From: a virus
Direction: 5' to 3' (one strand)
DNA: 50,983 bases
Virus record (IMG/VR): IMGVR_UViG_3300027509_000004
The first letter of the stretch is position 1. Each line of letters starts with the position of its first letter. The notes beneath the pieces are model-generated. The model saw nothing but the letters and a program-made list of their open reading frames with translations. It was not told the DNA's origin and did not search any database. Positions 28,639 to 38,353 of the stretch are shown here, piece after piece. Both the position numbers and the translations under genes were made by a program.

Positions 28639-29535
28639 TTATCCTTTTTGTTTGGTTAGGAGGCCTTTAGGTGGTGGTGCTTCAAACACCTTAGGTAGTC
28701 GGTCTACTTTTGTGAGGTATTTAGGCCCGTTAGAGTAGAGGAAAGTTCGGAGGCCAGCTCCGTCATTAGCGTCTCTCCAGCAGTGGTATTTAAATGGACA
28801 GTAAGAACACCCCCGGGAAAGTCCCATGTTTCCAGACTTCCCTTCAGGAATTGTCTTAAAACACCTAGACGGGACTCGTAGGGTATCGGATTGGACGTTC
28901 TTTTGTCTACTGATGTGACCGCTAACGTCAACCGATAGCAGTTCTTCTTTTGAAAATAAACAGAGACATAGCTGTCCCGACACCTTATTGATACTGAGGA
29001 ACCCACCGCCCAAAGTTTCTTTTTCGAGAGCTTTATAATAGGAAGCCAACTGGGGTATATAGTTAAATCCGTCATCGTCCCGTATGGAGCCGTCTTTGAA
29101 CTTGAGAAATCCAAACGGACTGGCGCTTTTAACGTCAATAACATACCCATCAATGATAGCGTCAATGTGCCCTGTAACTCCATCGACTTCGACTTCTCGT
29201 TGTTCGTGGGTAACTTCATGACCAGCTTCCTTCGCTAAGTATAGTATCAATTCTTCGAGAATGTGTCCGTATTGAAACTTCATCAATACTGCTGCTGAAT
29301 ACTCTTCTCGGGGAGCATGAGTAAGCTCGTAATGAAGCTGTCTGGAGGGCTTTCCTACTGCGGATAACCTAAGCCTAGGCACACGAGGGGAAAGGGGTTG
29401 AGCGAGGCTCTCAGCTAGGTTAGCGGCGACTTTAAGGCCGTATTCAGCTAGGAGTTTTTCCTCTGAGATGGCCCCACCAGTGAGCAATCTTTCGATGTCA
29501 CTGATGAGGGTCTCTATGGAGGGCTTTTTAGGCAA
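28639..29535 (-). CDS. PD-(D/E)XK nuclease, RecB/Cas4-like, with C-terminal Cys cluster
   Basis: GHIDAIIDGYVIDVKSASP (D...D-x-K), QLASYY (QxxxY) and CSYCPFKYHC (CxxCx5C). TTG start with no clear SD. Confidence 0.6.
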   Translation of the reverse strand: MPKKPSIETLISDIERLLTGGAISEEKLLAEYGLKVAANLAESLAQPLSPRVPRLRLSAVGKPSRQLHYELTHAPREEYSAAVLMKFQYGHILEELILYLAKEAGHEVTHEQREVEVDGVTGHIDAIIDGYVIDVKSASPFGFLKFKDGSIRDDDGFNYIPQLASYYKALEKETLGGGFLSINKVSGQLCLCLFSKEELLSVDVSGHISRQKNVQSDTLRVPSRCFKTIPEGKSGNMGLSRGCSYCPFKYHCWRDANDGAGLRTFLYSNGPKYLTKVDRLPKVFEAPPPKGLLTKQKG

Positions 29536-29648
29536 AGAACAGTCTTTGGAGAGTGTCTACAATTATATAGACATATAAAACTAAGAGAGATTCTCCTACA
29601 TTATTTTCAAACTCCTCCAGAAGCAGTTTGTATAAATTTTTCATAATA

Positions 29649-30131
29649 TTAAGTCTCTTCCTCGTTCTCGTCCCAGACTTCATTATCTGGTTCTGCTAGG
29701 GGCTCACCTTCGTCGTACTCAAAGTCTTCACGAGGGGCGACAGGAACATGTTCCCATACTTGGACCTCTCGGAGGGCTGGTTTACGCCAAGGTGTTTTGT
29801 TGAAGACTCCTTCACGAATGTCGAAACGGACATTAACGACAGAGCCATTACCAATGAGGACTTCAGAGTCCCAATCACGTCCGTAACGGTCTTTTACACG
29901 AGGAGGAGTTAAGAGCTCTCCGTCACGTGTTTTTTCAGGTTGCACAAACTTGATGTAAGGAAGGTCGTAGCCTTCTTTCTCTTTAATCTTGTTACCAAGT
30001 TTTTCTTCTTTCAGAGCGTCAACAACTTCAGGCTCGATGAGCAAGTCCATTGTATACTCTTTAGCAGTTGCGCCGTAGTTGTCCACGGGCTTAAGTATTT
30101 TTGCCCATTGGGCGATACCTTTAATAATCAT
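29649..30131 (-). CDS. single-stranded DNA-binding protein (T7 gp2.5-like)
   Basis: OB-like core with IGNGSVVNVRF and an acidic C-terminal tail (EPDNEVWDENEEET). Lies next to the polymerase and helicase genes. Confidence 0.55.
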   Translation of the reverse strand: MIIKGIAQWAKILKPVDNYGATAKEYTMDLLIEPEVVDALKEEKLGNKIKEKEGYDLPYIKFVQPEKTRDGELLTPPRVKDRYGRDWDSEVLIGNGSVVNVRFDIREGVFNKTPWRKPALREVQVWEHVPVAPREDFEYDEGEPLAEPDNEVWDENEEET

Positions 30132-30202
30132 AGGTGATGTTTTCCATTATGTTTTGGATTGGTTGGTGGTTTAATAGAACTCTTTAATAAGCTCTATAGG
30201 GT

Positions 30203-30231
30203 ATAGTAACACATTGAATCTTAATTGTCAA
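30203..30231 (-). promoter_or_regulatory. candidate sigma70-type promoter for the SSB gene
   Basis: On the minus strand: TTGACA (30231-30226), 17 nt, TACTAT (30208-30203), in the intergenic leader of 29649..30131. Confidence 0.35.
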
Positions 30232-30566
30232 GGGTTATTTTGAGATATTTTGTGTTCTTCTAAGATGTCCAATATCGGGACATACTTTTTGTCCACTTCA
30301 ATTTTAAGTCGGTCACAGTCCCACCACAAAAGAGATAAAGTTTTTTCCTCTTCCTTCATCAAATAGACTAGAGCAGCCGCCTTTAAGGCGTCATTTTCCT
30401 CTAAGGCCTTTTTCAAGGAGACGTTTCTTTTCCGCATAAAGAGCGGAAAGGTTTTTGACTCCTCTAGGGTTTTTTCTTTATGCTCCTTATCTCTTAATAA
30501 AATAAAAATAAAAAGAGGAGAGAATAGAATTAAAACAGGTAGCCCTACAAGCAGAAAGTCCTTCAT
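30228..30566 (-). CDS. membrane-anchored hypothetical protein (112 aa)
   Basis: Start set at ATG 30566 (MKDFLLVGLPVLILFSPLFIFILL, an N-terminal TM). The longer track ORF overlaps the upstream small gene. Confidence 0.4.
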   Translation of the reverse strand: MKDFLLVGLPVLILFSPLFIFILLRDKEHKEKTLEESKTFPLFMRKRNVSLKKALEENDALKAAALVYLMKEEEKTLSLLWWDCDRLKIEVDKKYVPILDILEEHKISQNNP

Positions 30567-30570
30567 AGCC

Positions 30571-30750
30571 CTAACTCCAAGCCCACTTAGGAACCTTGTT
30601 GAAGACTCCTCTGATAACCCATATAGGGTTGTGACGGGTCTCACTTAACCCCTCCATGAAGGGGAGAAGTTGCCAGAGGTTGTATTTTCCGTCAGGCCGT
30701 AGGGTAAATTCTTCGGCGAGAGGCCGGGGGTGTTTTGTTTTAGTGGTCAT
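30571..30750 (-). CDS. small hypothetical protein (59 aa)
   Basis: ATG 30750 directly after the upstream stop; ends TAG at 30571. Below the track cut-off. Confidence 0.3.
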   Translation of the reverse strand: MTTKTKHPRPLAEEFTLRPDGKYNLWQLLPFMEGLSETRHNPIWVIRGVFNKVPKWAWS

Positions 30751-30751
30751 C

Positions 30752-30961
30752 TTATTTGATTCCTTTCAAGAATTCTCTTCCTTTTTCTGTGTGTCCGCCG
30801 TTGAAGGTTATCATCCCTAAGTTTCTTAGACGAGTGACACATACATTAAAAGCAGCTCCCGCTATGACTGGTGTTTCTGTAGGGAACCCGTATAAGTCTT
30901 TCAAAACATCTAGTTCGTATCCTTCAATTTTAATGTGTGTCTGCCCAGTTTGGTCCGACAT
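30752..30961 (-). CDS. hypothetical protein (69 aa)
   Basis: ORF overlaps the 3' end of the polymerase gene by 32 nt. Confidence 0.4.
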   Translation of the reverse strand: MSDQTGQTHIKIEGYELDVLKDLYGFPTETPVIAGAAFNVCVTRLRNLGMITFNGGHTEKGREFLKGIK

Positions 30962-32870
30962 TATAGTCTCCTTCCATTAGTACGTTAAAGCCCAGCAGTT
31001 GGCCCGCGAGTGTGATAGATTGACAATAAACTTCTCCACACTCTTTAGCGTAGTTTTTCTCCGATTCCATCTGAACCTCGTCGTGGACGTCCAGAACTTT
31101 TTTACACCTGTCGAGGTCCCAAGGAGTTTCCATCTTAGCTCCGTCAAGAGCGTTTATAGAGTATCCGTAGGCGAGGATAGTTGCAAGCTTCATTAAGATT
31201 CCGCCAGCGGACTGACAGAGGTAGTTAAGGGCGGCGTGAGGACTCGGGCAACGAACAAAGCCACCATCAATAGTCTCAATCCATCCTTCTTTAGTCGAGT
31301 GGTACTCACTCTGAACTTTCTCTGTTAGCTCTTTAAGACCCGGAACATTCTCCATAAGAGTGGCACGTACAACGATACCGACTTTACGGTTCTTGCCCAT
31401 CATCTTTCCAAGCTTAGGGTCAGAAGCCCCGTAGAGGAACGCATAGAAGAGGGCCTTAAGGATTTGACGATAACCGTTAGATTCTTCGTCTTCTTTAGGC
31501 TTCCCAGCGTCTCTCCATTTACGGAGATTCTCAGAGATTTCTTTTAACCCTAGAGCTTCGTAGACAGCAATAGCGTTAGCTGTATGGAAGTCAGAGGTTA
31601 GGAACTCTTCCGCAGCAGGATTATCCAAGTAGTGCATCAATACCCGGCCTTCAAGGCCTTTAGCGTCAATCCCTACTAGAAGAGACCCTTCAGAGACAGT
31701 CCACAATTCACGGAGCTCACGTCCATAAGGCTTGTCAGCGGAACAGATGTTAGCGGTATTAGGTGTGGTGTGTCTCATGCGTCGAGTACCTGCCCCACAC
31801 GAGAAGACGCGGCCATGAATACGACCATCGTCTTTCAAGTGCTTCAACCACTCCTCAAGAGACCTGATACGTCCAGAGTAGAGCATCCAATCAGAGATTA
31901 GTGCTACTTCCTCTAGTCCAGATTTTTTGGCAAAGGCTAGGAGTTGGTCTTCAGTTACCTTGGGATTTCCGCCCCCTCCTTTCGGAGTTTTGGGTGTGAA
32001 TTCTGTCGGCTTCCAACCCAGAGCGAGTAGTCGTTCCACTCTTTGCTTGGGGGAACCAATATTGAAATCCTTGTAATCCCATGTTCGGTACATCTTTCCG
32101 CTATTGCTGAAGGTAAGTCGAGAATATCGTTCAAGATGTTTTTTATATGAGGCGTAGGGGGTTCCATCTTGTCGAAGTCGATAGTGATATTCACCTTGGA
32201 GGACAAGTTTGGGAGGGAAGACGCTATGAATGCGTTTCTCCACGTTGGCTTTAAGAGACTGGAGCTCCGCCAAGAGAATAGTCGCTCGTCGTTCGTCGAA
32301 CTTGACCCCATTAGCTGTTTGCTCATCAATAATTTTCCTTATTTTGTGTTCAATTTCACATGAAAGCTCACTAAAACCTTTAAGCTTCATTCGCCCAGAA
32401 AGACGTTTGAAGAGGGTGGCAGTGATTTCTACGTCCTGCTCACAATAGCTTAACATCTCTTCAGTGAAGTGAGAGAAGTCGTCAAACTCTATTTTTTGGT
32501 TGCCGAATCTCGCACCCCAAGCAGAGAGGCTGTGACCACCACGCATGTGCGGGTCATATAGATAACTAAGAGTGAGGGTATCCACAATATCATTGATATT
32601 AATAGAAGTCCCAGCAAGAGCATTGAGCGCAGGAATGTCATAAGAGATTGCATTGTGTCCGACCCATCTTGTTGTGGGCTTATCCTTTAACGTATTAATG
32701 AAATCTGCTAAGTATCCGTTCTCGATGTCAGCGGGACGGAAGGACCAAGTGTCCTCCTCACCGTAAATTTCTTTGATTACAACACACCATATTTTCGTAG
32801 GTGTGAGGCTATCGGCTTCAATGTCGATAGCATAGTAGTTTAGTCCGTTGTCTGGGTGGTTTAGGTACAC
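30930..32870 (-). CDS. DNA polymerase, family A (T7-like) with 3'-5' exonuclease domain
   Basis: Exo motifs AIDIEADS, GHNAISYD and YCEQDVEIT. Polymerase motifs GIDAKGLEGRVL (A), KALFYAFLYGAS (B) and VHDEVQME (C). Confidence 0.85.
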   Translation of the reverse strand: MYLNHPDNGLNYYAIDIEADSLTPTKIWCVVIKEIYGEEDTWSFRPADIENGYLADFINTLKDKPTTRWVGHNAISYDIPALNALAGTSININDIVDTLTLSYLYDPHMRGGHSLSAWGARFGNQKIEFDDFSHFTEEMLSYCEQDVEITATLFKRLSGRMKLKGFSELSCEIEHKIRKIIDEQTANGVKFDERRATILLAELQSLKANVEKRIHSVFPPKLVLQGEYHYRLRQDGTPYASYKKHLERYSRLTFSNSGKMYRTWDYKDFNIGSPKQRVERLLALGWKPTEFTPKTPKGGGGNPKVTEDQLLAFAKKSGLEEVALISDWMLYSGRIRSLEEWLKHLKDDGRIHGRVFSCGAGTRRMRHTTPNTANICSADKPYGRELRELWTVSEGSLLVGIDAKGLEGRVLMHYLDNPAAEEFLTSDFHTANAIAVYEALGLKEISENLRKWRDAGKPKEDEESNGYRQILKALFYAFLYGASDPKLGKMMGKNRKVGIVVRATLMENVPGLKELTEKVQSEYHSTKEGWIETIDGGFVRCPSPHAALNYLCQSAGGILMKLATILAYGYSINALDGAKMETPWDLDRCKKVLDVHDEVQMESEKNYAKECGEVYCQSITLAGQLLGFNVLMEGDYNVGPNWADTH

Positions 32871-33116
32871 TTATAGGACCGTTTGTGAGGAGAAAGCCCA
32901 CTCCAAGAAGCGAACCACTCCTATTAAGATAGAAAAACATGCCGCTATAATAAACCATCTTCTTAGGCAGATAATTATTATATTACCTAGAGACGGTAGA
33001 GGGTTAAAGACGTTAAAATTTTCATAGTAGATTGGTAGAAAGAAAAAGAAAACAATTGAGGCGGTCACTAAAACACTGACTGTCCCATTAGCTATAAATT
33101 GGAGTATATCATTCAT
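32871..33116 (-). CDS. small membrane protein (81 aa)
   Basis: ATG 33116 overlaps the helicase stop (GATGAATGA). Two hydrophobic helices. Confidence 0.4.
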   Translation of the reverse strand: MNDILQFIANGTVSVLVTASIVFFFFLPIYYENFNVFNPLPSLGNIIIICLRRWFIIAACFSILIGVVRFLEWAFSSQTVL

Positions 33117-34842
33117 CGGTAGGGTCGTCCTTCCATTCTTCTGTTGGTGGTTCTTCGTAGGTAAACCCTTCTTGAGGGATGCCTTCTTCAAACCTTCTTG
33201 CTTCTTCTTCAGTTAACTCTCGCATACGGCCTGTGTTGGCTTCGTAGAAGAGGAAACCTGCGGGGCCAGTGCGACCACAGAAGCGGTTCTTTTCTACTTC
33301 CATCACAGTTACGTTACGGATGAAAGGGTCTTTAGCTTTCTTGTCCCGGTTAATCTTAATGACAATGTTGGCTAACTGTTCTACGCCAGCAGTGCCACGT
33401 ATCTGACCTTGACGGTTCTGGTGGATAACTCCAATAAGAGCTATATCCAATTCCATACAGAGGGTCTTCAACTTGGTTGCCGCTTCGTCTAGCTGCTTAC
33501 GTTCGTCACCGTTCTGGTCACTAACAAGGATGCTAAAGTGGTCTAGGAAGATATACTTACAGCCCATGTTGTGCATGAACCTAATGTTAGCTATAACTTC
33601 TTCAATGGTATTAGAACCAAAATGGTCCCACATGACAACTCGGTCATTATCAAGGGTCTCTTCGAACCATCCTCTCATCTGCTCCGTAGTTACTTCCGCC
33701 CGAACATCGGGTAAGTGTAGAGGTTTATTGGCGGTAATCGAAATGAGCCCCAACGCAGTGTCGTCGTTAGGTTCCTCAAGATGCAAAATCCCAATCCCAA
33801 CGTCATCGGAGATTGATAGTATGTTGTGTTGAGACTCTTTAAGGAGACTTGTCTTACCGACTCCTGTCTCGGCTGTAACAACAACCATTTCAGATAGACG
33901 GATGCCGTAAGTTTTTTCATTGAGAGAGTCCCAAGGCCAAGGTATCGAATCATTTTCTTTAGGCTCCTTAATTTTGTCCCAGAGGTCTTTACCTACTACT
34001 AGGCCAGCGGGAGTGTAGGTAGGGGCAGACCACCATTCTTTCATGAAGCTGGCTTGTTTACCCTCTATGAGGTAGTCGTTAGCGTCTTTATATTCATTCA
34101 GAGTGACTATGCGGACCTTACCGATAGGGAACAATTTAGCCACTGCTTGAGCAGCCTCTTGTCCTACATAGTGGGTCACACCTGTAGCAGGGTTTCGTTT
34201 GCCTTCATCTTTGTCAAACACGATAACAATCTCTTTGAAAGAGTTAAGGTAATTGAAGTTAGCGAGGCAGTCCTTAGGGGCAGCCCCAGCAGACGTCACA
34301 GACACTACGGGGTAACGTGACCCTTGCATCTGATAAGCAGCCATAGCGTCACACTCGCCTTCGACAATTGTTATCGCCTTAGCGCTGTTAGCAGGAAAGA
34401 GTTGCTGTCCGAAGAGGCCTATCCGAGAGGTGTCGCCTTTCCACCCAAAAGATTTGGTATGGGAACGATATTTAGCTGCTACATAGTCACCTGTTTCTTT
34501 ATCAAAATAAGGGTATATATGCTTAGTACGGCCTTCTCCAAGATTTTGAGTAACTTGATATTTCTTTGCCGTATCAGCGCTGATGGCTCTATCTTTCAAA
34601 GGGGTGAAGTCTTTAGGTAGTTCAGGGGGGGTTGTCGTCGATTTTTTACTCACTGATGGTTTCTTTTTCTGTTCTGTTTCAGGGTTGGCCTTAGTAGACG
34701 AGGCCTTAGAGGGATTCGAAGTGTGAGTCCCGCAAGAGAAGCAATACGTATGGCCATCATCATAAAGACCACACGCATCGCTTGAAGGACAGTGTTTACA
34801 CGGCCCCTTGCTGACGAGAGTAGATTCACTATTTCTCATCAT
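33109..34842 (-). CDS. bifunctional primase-helicase (T7 gp4-like)
   Basis: N-terminal zinc finger CKHC..CFSC, a TOPRIM-type EGECDAMA..DKDEGK region, and a DnaB/RecA-type Walker A (AETGVGKTS) and Walker B (IFLDHF). Confidence 0.85.
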   Translation of the reverse strand: MMRNSESTLVSKGPCKHCPSSDACGLYDDGHTYCFSCGTHTSNPSKASSTKANPETEQKKKPSVSKKSTTTPPELPKDFTPLKDRAISADTAKKYQVTQNLGEGRTKHIYPYFDKETGDYVAAKYRSHTKSFGWKGDTSRIGLFGQQLFPANSAKAITIVEGECDAMAAYQMQGSRYPVVSVTSAGAAPKDCLANFNYLNSFKEIVIVFDKDEGKRNPATGVTHYVGQEAAQAVAKLFPIGKVRIVTLNEYKDANDYLIEGKQASFMKEWWSAPTYTPAGLVVGKDLWDKIKEPKENDSIPWPWDSLNEKTYGIRLSEMVVVTAETGVGKTSLLKESQHNILSISDDVGIGILHLEEPNDDTALGLISITANKPLHLPDVRAEVTTEQMRGWFEETLDNDRVVMWDHFGSNTIEEVIANIRFMHNMGCKYIFLDHFSILVSDQNGDERKQLDEAATKLKTLCMELDIALIGVIHQNRQGQIRGTAGVEQLANIVIKINRDKKAKDPFIRNVTVMEVEKNRFCGRTGPAGFLFYEANTGRMRELTEEEARRFEEGIPQEGFTYEEPPTEEWKDDPTDE

Positions 34843-35029
34843 TCTTGCCGACTACAGTTGGTTCTTCGTTTAGGAGATGTTCGAAGTCGTCGTCGGTAAA
34901 GTCATCAAAAGCTTCTGGGTCAAAGGAAGGCTCAGAAGCTTTGATACACACCCTACAAGGCTCAATCTTACCAGTGATAGGATGAGTTGTGAAGTGTGGC
35001 ATAAAGGTGTTGCAAATATTACATCGCAT
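34829..35029 (-). CDS. zinc-ribbon protein (66 aa)
   Basis: CNIC...CRVC. Acidic C-terminus. Confidence 0.45.
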   Translation of the reverse strand: MRCNICNTFMPHFTTHPITGKIEPCRVCIKASEPSFDPEAFDDFTDDDFEHLLNEEPTVVGKNDEK

Positions 35030-35083
35030 TTTTCTTCTCCGTGTTTATAGTTATAATTATTGGAGTCGGCTGTTAGTGATAGA

Positions 35084-36178
35084 TTAGTAGGGGTATTCGA
35101 GTTTGTCGCAAATAGCTTGAGCGAACAAGATTACATCTTCAATCACTTCACCAGAATTCGCAAAGCTCTCAAACTCTGTCGCACAGATTCTCTCCCCTAT
35201 TTCACCTGTGACCTGAGAAGAGGTAGACCAGCTACAAAACTCCGAGGAAATGCCCCTAGCCGCTCTTACAACACTTCGTACAGACCAGCAAGAAGGACTC
35301 GAACACCGCCTAGCTTGGTCTAAGGTCATAGCACTATAAGGGTTAGCGCCAAGAGTCTTAACTATTTTATCAATGTCAAGGCCTTTAATAGCTTCGACAT
35401 ATGCGTCAATAGTACCGCCTTCAAGGCCGGGACTGGTGTTAATCTCTAAGACGAAGGCGTTTTTCTTAGTACGGTTCCAGATAACATCTACAGCGCCAAA
35501 CACTAAGCGTATATCCTTTACAGCTTGAAGGGCTTGAACAACAACATCTTCAGGACATTCTTCTCTTACACCTTCAACGACATATATAAAACCATTCTTA
35601 TGGTTGCGAACCTTCCAGTCAATACTCTCAGAGTCAATCTCATTAGTACGAATTTGCTCTGTGAGCTCTGGTCTAAGTATCTTCTTTTGTATTCGGATAG
35701 CTTCTCCGTTAAACACATGAACACGATACTCTGAGGACTTAGGCACATACTTAGTATATAGCTTTGCATCAGGAATGTCAAGCTCTTTTTTAGGGTCAAG
35801 TACAACAAGACCTTCGGCAGAGTGCCCTGTGAGCTTGGTACGAGCACAAACAGTGTGCCCCTTGTCGAGCCACTCAACAACCTTTTTTACGTCGGAAGTA
35901 TAAGGCACAAGACGAGCCGTGGAGTTTTTCAAGGCCTCAAAGAAGGTCAGTTTATTGGAGGCCCTAGAGACAACCGTGGGCTCATTGAGCATAGGACAGT
36001 CTACAAACTTTTTACTGGAGCCCCAGTTGATTACTAGGTCACTCTCTCGGTGCTTGTACTTAGACTTCCCATTCACTAGGAGCCTCTTGCCGCCTACAGC
36101 TTCCGCAAGAGAAGCGGCAGAAGAGGAGGCTTGCTTATAAGGGTGAATGAAAATTCTGTTGACGGTAGTTTTTGACAT
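35084..36178 (-). CDS. ATP-grasp ligase (RimK-like) with a ~85-aa Cys/Ser-rich C-terminal extension
   Basis: KYVPKSSEYRVHVF, GAVDVIWN and FVLEINTSPGL match ATP-grasp nucleotide- and Mg-binding elements. Confidence 0.65.
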   Translation of the reverse strand: MSKTTVNRIFIHPYKQASSSAASLAEAVGGKRLLVNGKSKYKHRESDLVINWGSSKKFVDCPMLNEPTVVSRASNKLTFFEALKNSTARLVPYTSDVKKVVEWLDKGHTVCARTKLTGHSAEGLVVLDPKKELDIPDAKLYTKYVPKSSEYRVHVFNGEAIRIQKKILRPELTEQIRTNEIDSESIDWKVRNHKNGFIYVVEGVREECPEDVVVQALQAVKDIRLVFGAVDVIWNRTKKNAFVLEINTSPGLEGGTIDAYVEAIKGLDIDKIVKTLGANPYSAMTLDQARRCSSPSCWSVRSVVRAARGISSEFCSWSTSSQVTGEIGERICATEFESFANSGEVIEDVILFAQAICDKLEYPY

Positions 36179-36179
36179 C

Positions 36180-37511
36180 TTAGTCTAGTCCTTCTCGGTT
36201 AATCCAATATTCTTTGATGATGTTCTCAATTCTTTCGTCAGCTATATCGGCACGAAGACAAGCTACTACAATATTACCTCTTAAGACTCCTCTGTCCCTA
36301 ACATTCCGAGGGAAGTCTAGAAAATCTGACAAAAGGCGGAAGAACTCGTCGGGGTCCTCTCCAGCTGATATATAGTAGGCTGAGTAAGGGTGGCCTTCTT
36401 CAAAAGGCATCGCATCACGATGAATTTGAGCAGGGGCGGTAGGGGTGACAGGGGCAGGGGCGTGAGGGTCAATGAAAGTAGCCTCGTCAATAAAGATATT
36501 GTCTAGAGGCCGGTTAAAGGTTGTCGGAGGTGTTGTCATAGAAACATACTTCTTTTTCTTGCTGACACTACCTTGTTCTGGCTCGTACTTTCCCCAGTCA
36601 ATATCGTAAGCAAGGCATTGAACGACACGTAGAGCATCACGGAGAGAGTTTTCCATCTCCTCTGGTCCCTCGAATAGGTCTCGAGTGGAGGCGTAAAGAA
36701 GAGGAAGATGTTGCCGGATAAAGCCAACAGGAGACAGAGAAGAGAACTGTTGAATGACTTCTGTTGGCTCTGCGATACCGTCAATAGACAAGCGAAGCTC
36801 ATTGATGATAGATAACCACTGAATTAGCTCAGAAGGAGATTCTTGAAGACCACGCCCAGCACGAAATTCAATAGTCCCGAAACTCTTACTTGTTCCACGA
36901 CGCAGAGGCATATAGTTGAGAGCAGAATACCTAAGACCATTATCTACGTTGCGGTCTTCTAGGAAGCTCATCAAGGACTCCACTAAAAGAGGGGCCTGAG
37001 TCGCCTGAAGAGCAAACAAGTTGTGCTCCCGTTCAGCTCCGTTATAGCGGCTCAAAAGAGGCTCTGCTACATAGTACATCAACAAGAGACGGACAAGGGC
37101 TTCTAAGGTCATGTCTTGCACATTCATGTGGACATGAACAGACGTTCGGATAGAAGGGGTTATTGACATGTTGGCTCTCTTAAAAAGGGCAGAGAGCTGT
37201 TCTACAGCGAGAGGGACTTGAGCGTAAGAGATAGGAGACGCGGAGATGAACTCCCGTCCTCCGGGCTCCCCCTTAGTGTTACGAAGAGAGTTATCTTCAA
37301 CAGCTTTCCACAAGCTACCGTGACTTTTCATAGAAGCCGCAGAGGGGTATCGGTCATTAGAGTCTTCCACTTCGACTTCAATACCGAACAAAGTCCCGTT
37401 GACTTCTTCCCGAAAGGCTCCGAAGTATTCCCGAACAGTGGTAGTGTAAGGGTCTGCCCTTTTTAGCCGTGTAGGCTTAGATAGGTTGGTTTTTTTATAG
37501 ATTGTCGGCAC
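36180..37511 (-). CDS. amidoligase (glutamine-synthetase-like COOH-NH2 ligase; Amidoligase_2-type)
   Basis: Motif triad FGIEVEVE / SVHVHMN / TIEFRAGRG, as I recall it for the putative amidoligase family. Confidence 0.55.
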   Translation of the reverse strand: MPTIYKKTNLSKPTRLKRADPYTTTVREYFGAFREEVNGTLFGIEVEVEDSNDRYPSAASMKSHGSLWKAVEDNSLRNTKGEPGGREFISASPISYAQVPLAVEQLSALFKRANMSITPSIRTSVHVHMNVQDMTLEALVRLLLMYYVAEPLLSRYNGAEREHNLFALQATQAPLLVESLMSFLEDRNVDNGLRYSALNYMPLRRGTSKSFGTIEFRAGRGLQESPSELIQWLSIINELRLSIDGIAEPTEVIQQFSSLSPVGFIRQHLPLLYASTRDLFEGPEEMENSLRDALRVVQCLAYDIDWGKYEPEQGSVSKKKKYVSMTTPPTTFNRPLDNIFIDEATFIDPHAPAPVTPTAPAQIHRDAMPFEEGHPYSAYYISAGEDPDEFFRLLSDFLDFPRNVRDRGVLRGNIVVACLRADIADERIENIIKEYWINREGLD

Positions 37512-38319
37512 AAGATACTCCTAATTCTTCCAACGATTCTTTGAGGTAGTGATATTTACCCAAAAGAGATACCTCTTCTCTCTCTTGTGAGTATGTTCCT
37601 ATGTGTCTAGTCAAGTGACTGACTGTGACGTGTCCTACTTCATCTACTGTGAAGGAGAACTGATTACTAAACGCCATAGAGTTCTCTTCAGAACATTCAA
37701 AGAGTCTCTTCAGGCATTCGTCAGGGCTCGGGTAGATTCCGTACAATGAGGAGATGTAACCCCCAGAGAGGATACTACTTCTTTCAAATAAGCCCCTGTC
37801 GTCGTTTGATACAGGCTTAATTTGAATGTTGCGTGTCTGTAGGCCTTGTTTAGTTTGAGTGAAAGGAGCACGAGAACAAGCGTAAGCAATATATCTCTTA
37901 ACTTCTTTACCTTTACGAGAGCTCCAAGAGAAATTACTTAACCCGATATTGCGGATACGGAGGTCTAACTCTTCCACAGGGATAGTCTTTCTGTCGCTCC
38001 TAGGAGGTTCATCTACGAAGTCTTTAGGACATTCAAGGGAAAAACCGGAAGCTGAATACTTAGCCACGTATTCAGGAGAAGCCCGGAAATCATCTAGATT
38101 TTTACGTCGCTCTCTTTGTTGCTCGACAGTGCCAGCCGTGTTGTACAAAGATATTAGCTCTACCTCTGTTCTCTTGACTTCTGGGGGGAGATTCGTAACA
38201 ATCTCCTCTACATAAAAAGGAATGCCATCATAGAAAACAACAGAATCCTTTATCCGCATCCTCCAATCATTAATGGTCCCGTAGTCAGGGGCGAAGCTTT
38301 TTTTCTTTACCTTAGTCAT
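37495..38319 (-). CDS. hypothetical protein (274 aa) inside the ligase block
   Basis: ORF overlaps the upstream gene by 17 nt. No motif recognised. Confidence 0.45.
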   Translation of the reverse strand: MTKVKKKSFAPDYGTINDWRMRIKDSVVFYDGIPFYVEEIVTNLPPEVKRTEVELISLYNTAGTVEQQRERRKNLDDFRASPEYVAKYSASGFSLECPKDFVDEPPRSDRKTIPVEELDLRIRNIGLSNFSWSSRKGKEVKRYIAYACSRAPFTQTKQGLQTRNIQIKPVSNDDRGLFERSSILSGGYISSLYGIYPSPDECLKRLFECSEENSMAFSNQFSFTVDEVGHVTVSHLTRHIGTYSQEREEVSLLGKYHYLKESLEELGVSCADNL

Positions 38320-38353
38320 AACCGCGTATACTCCTTTTAAGTTTTATTTCTAT

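Noticed and set aside
28704-29219. 171-aa alternative minus-strand frame inside the PD-(D/E)XK nuclease gene.
   Set aside because: It is embedded in the longer ORF that carries the nuclease motifs, and it has no start signals.
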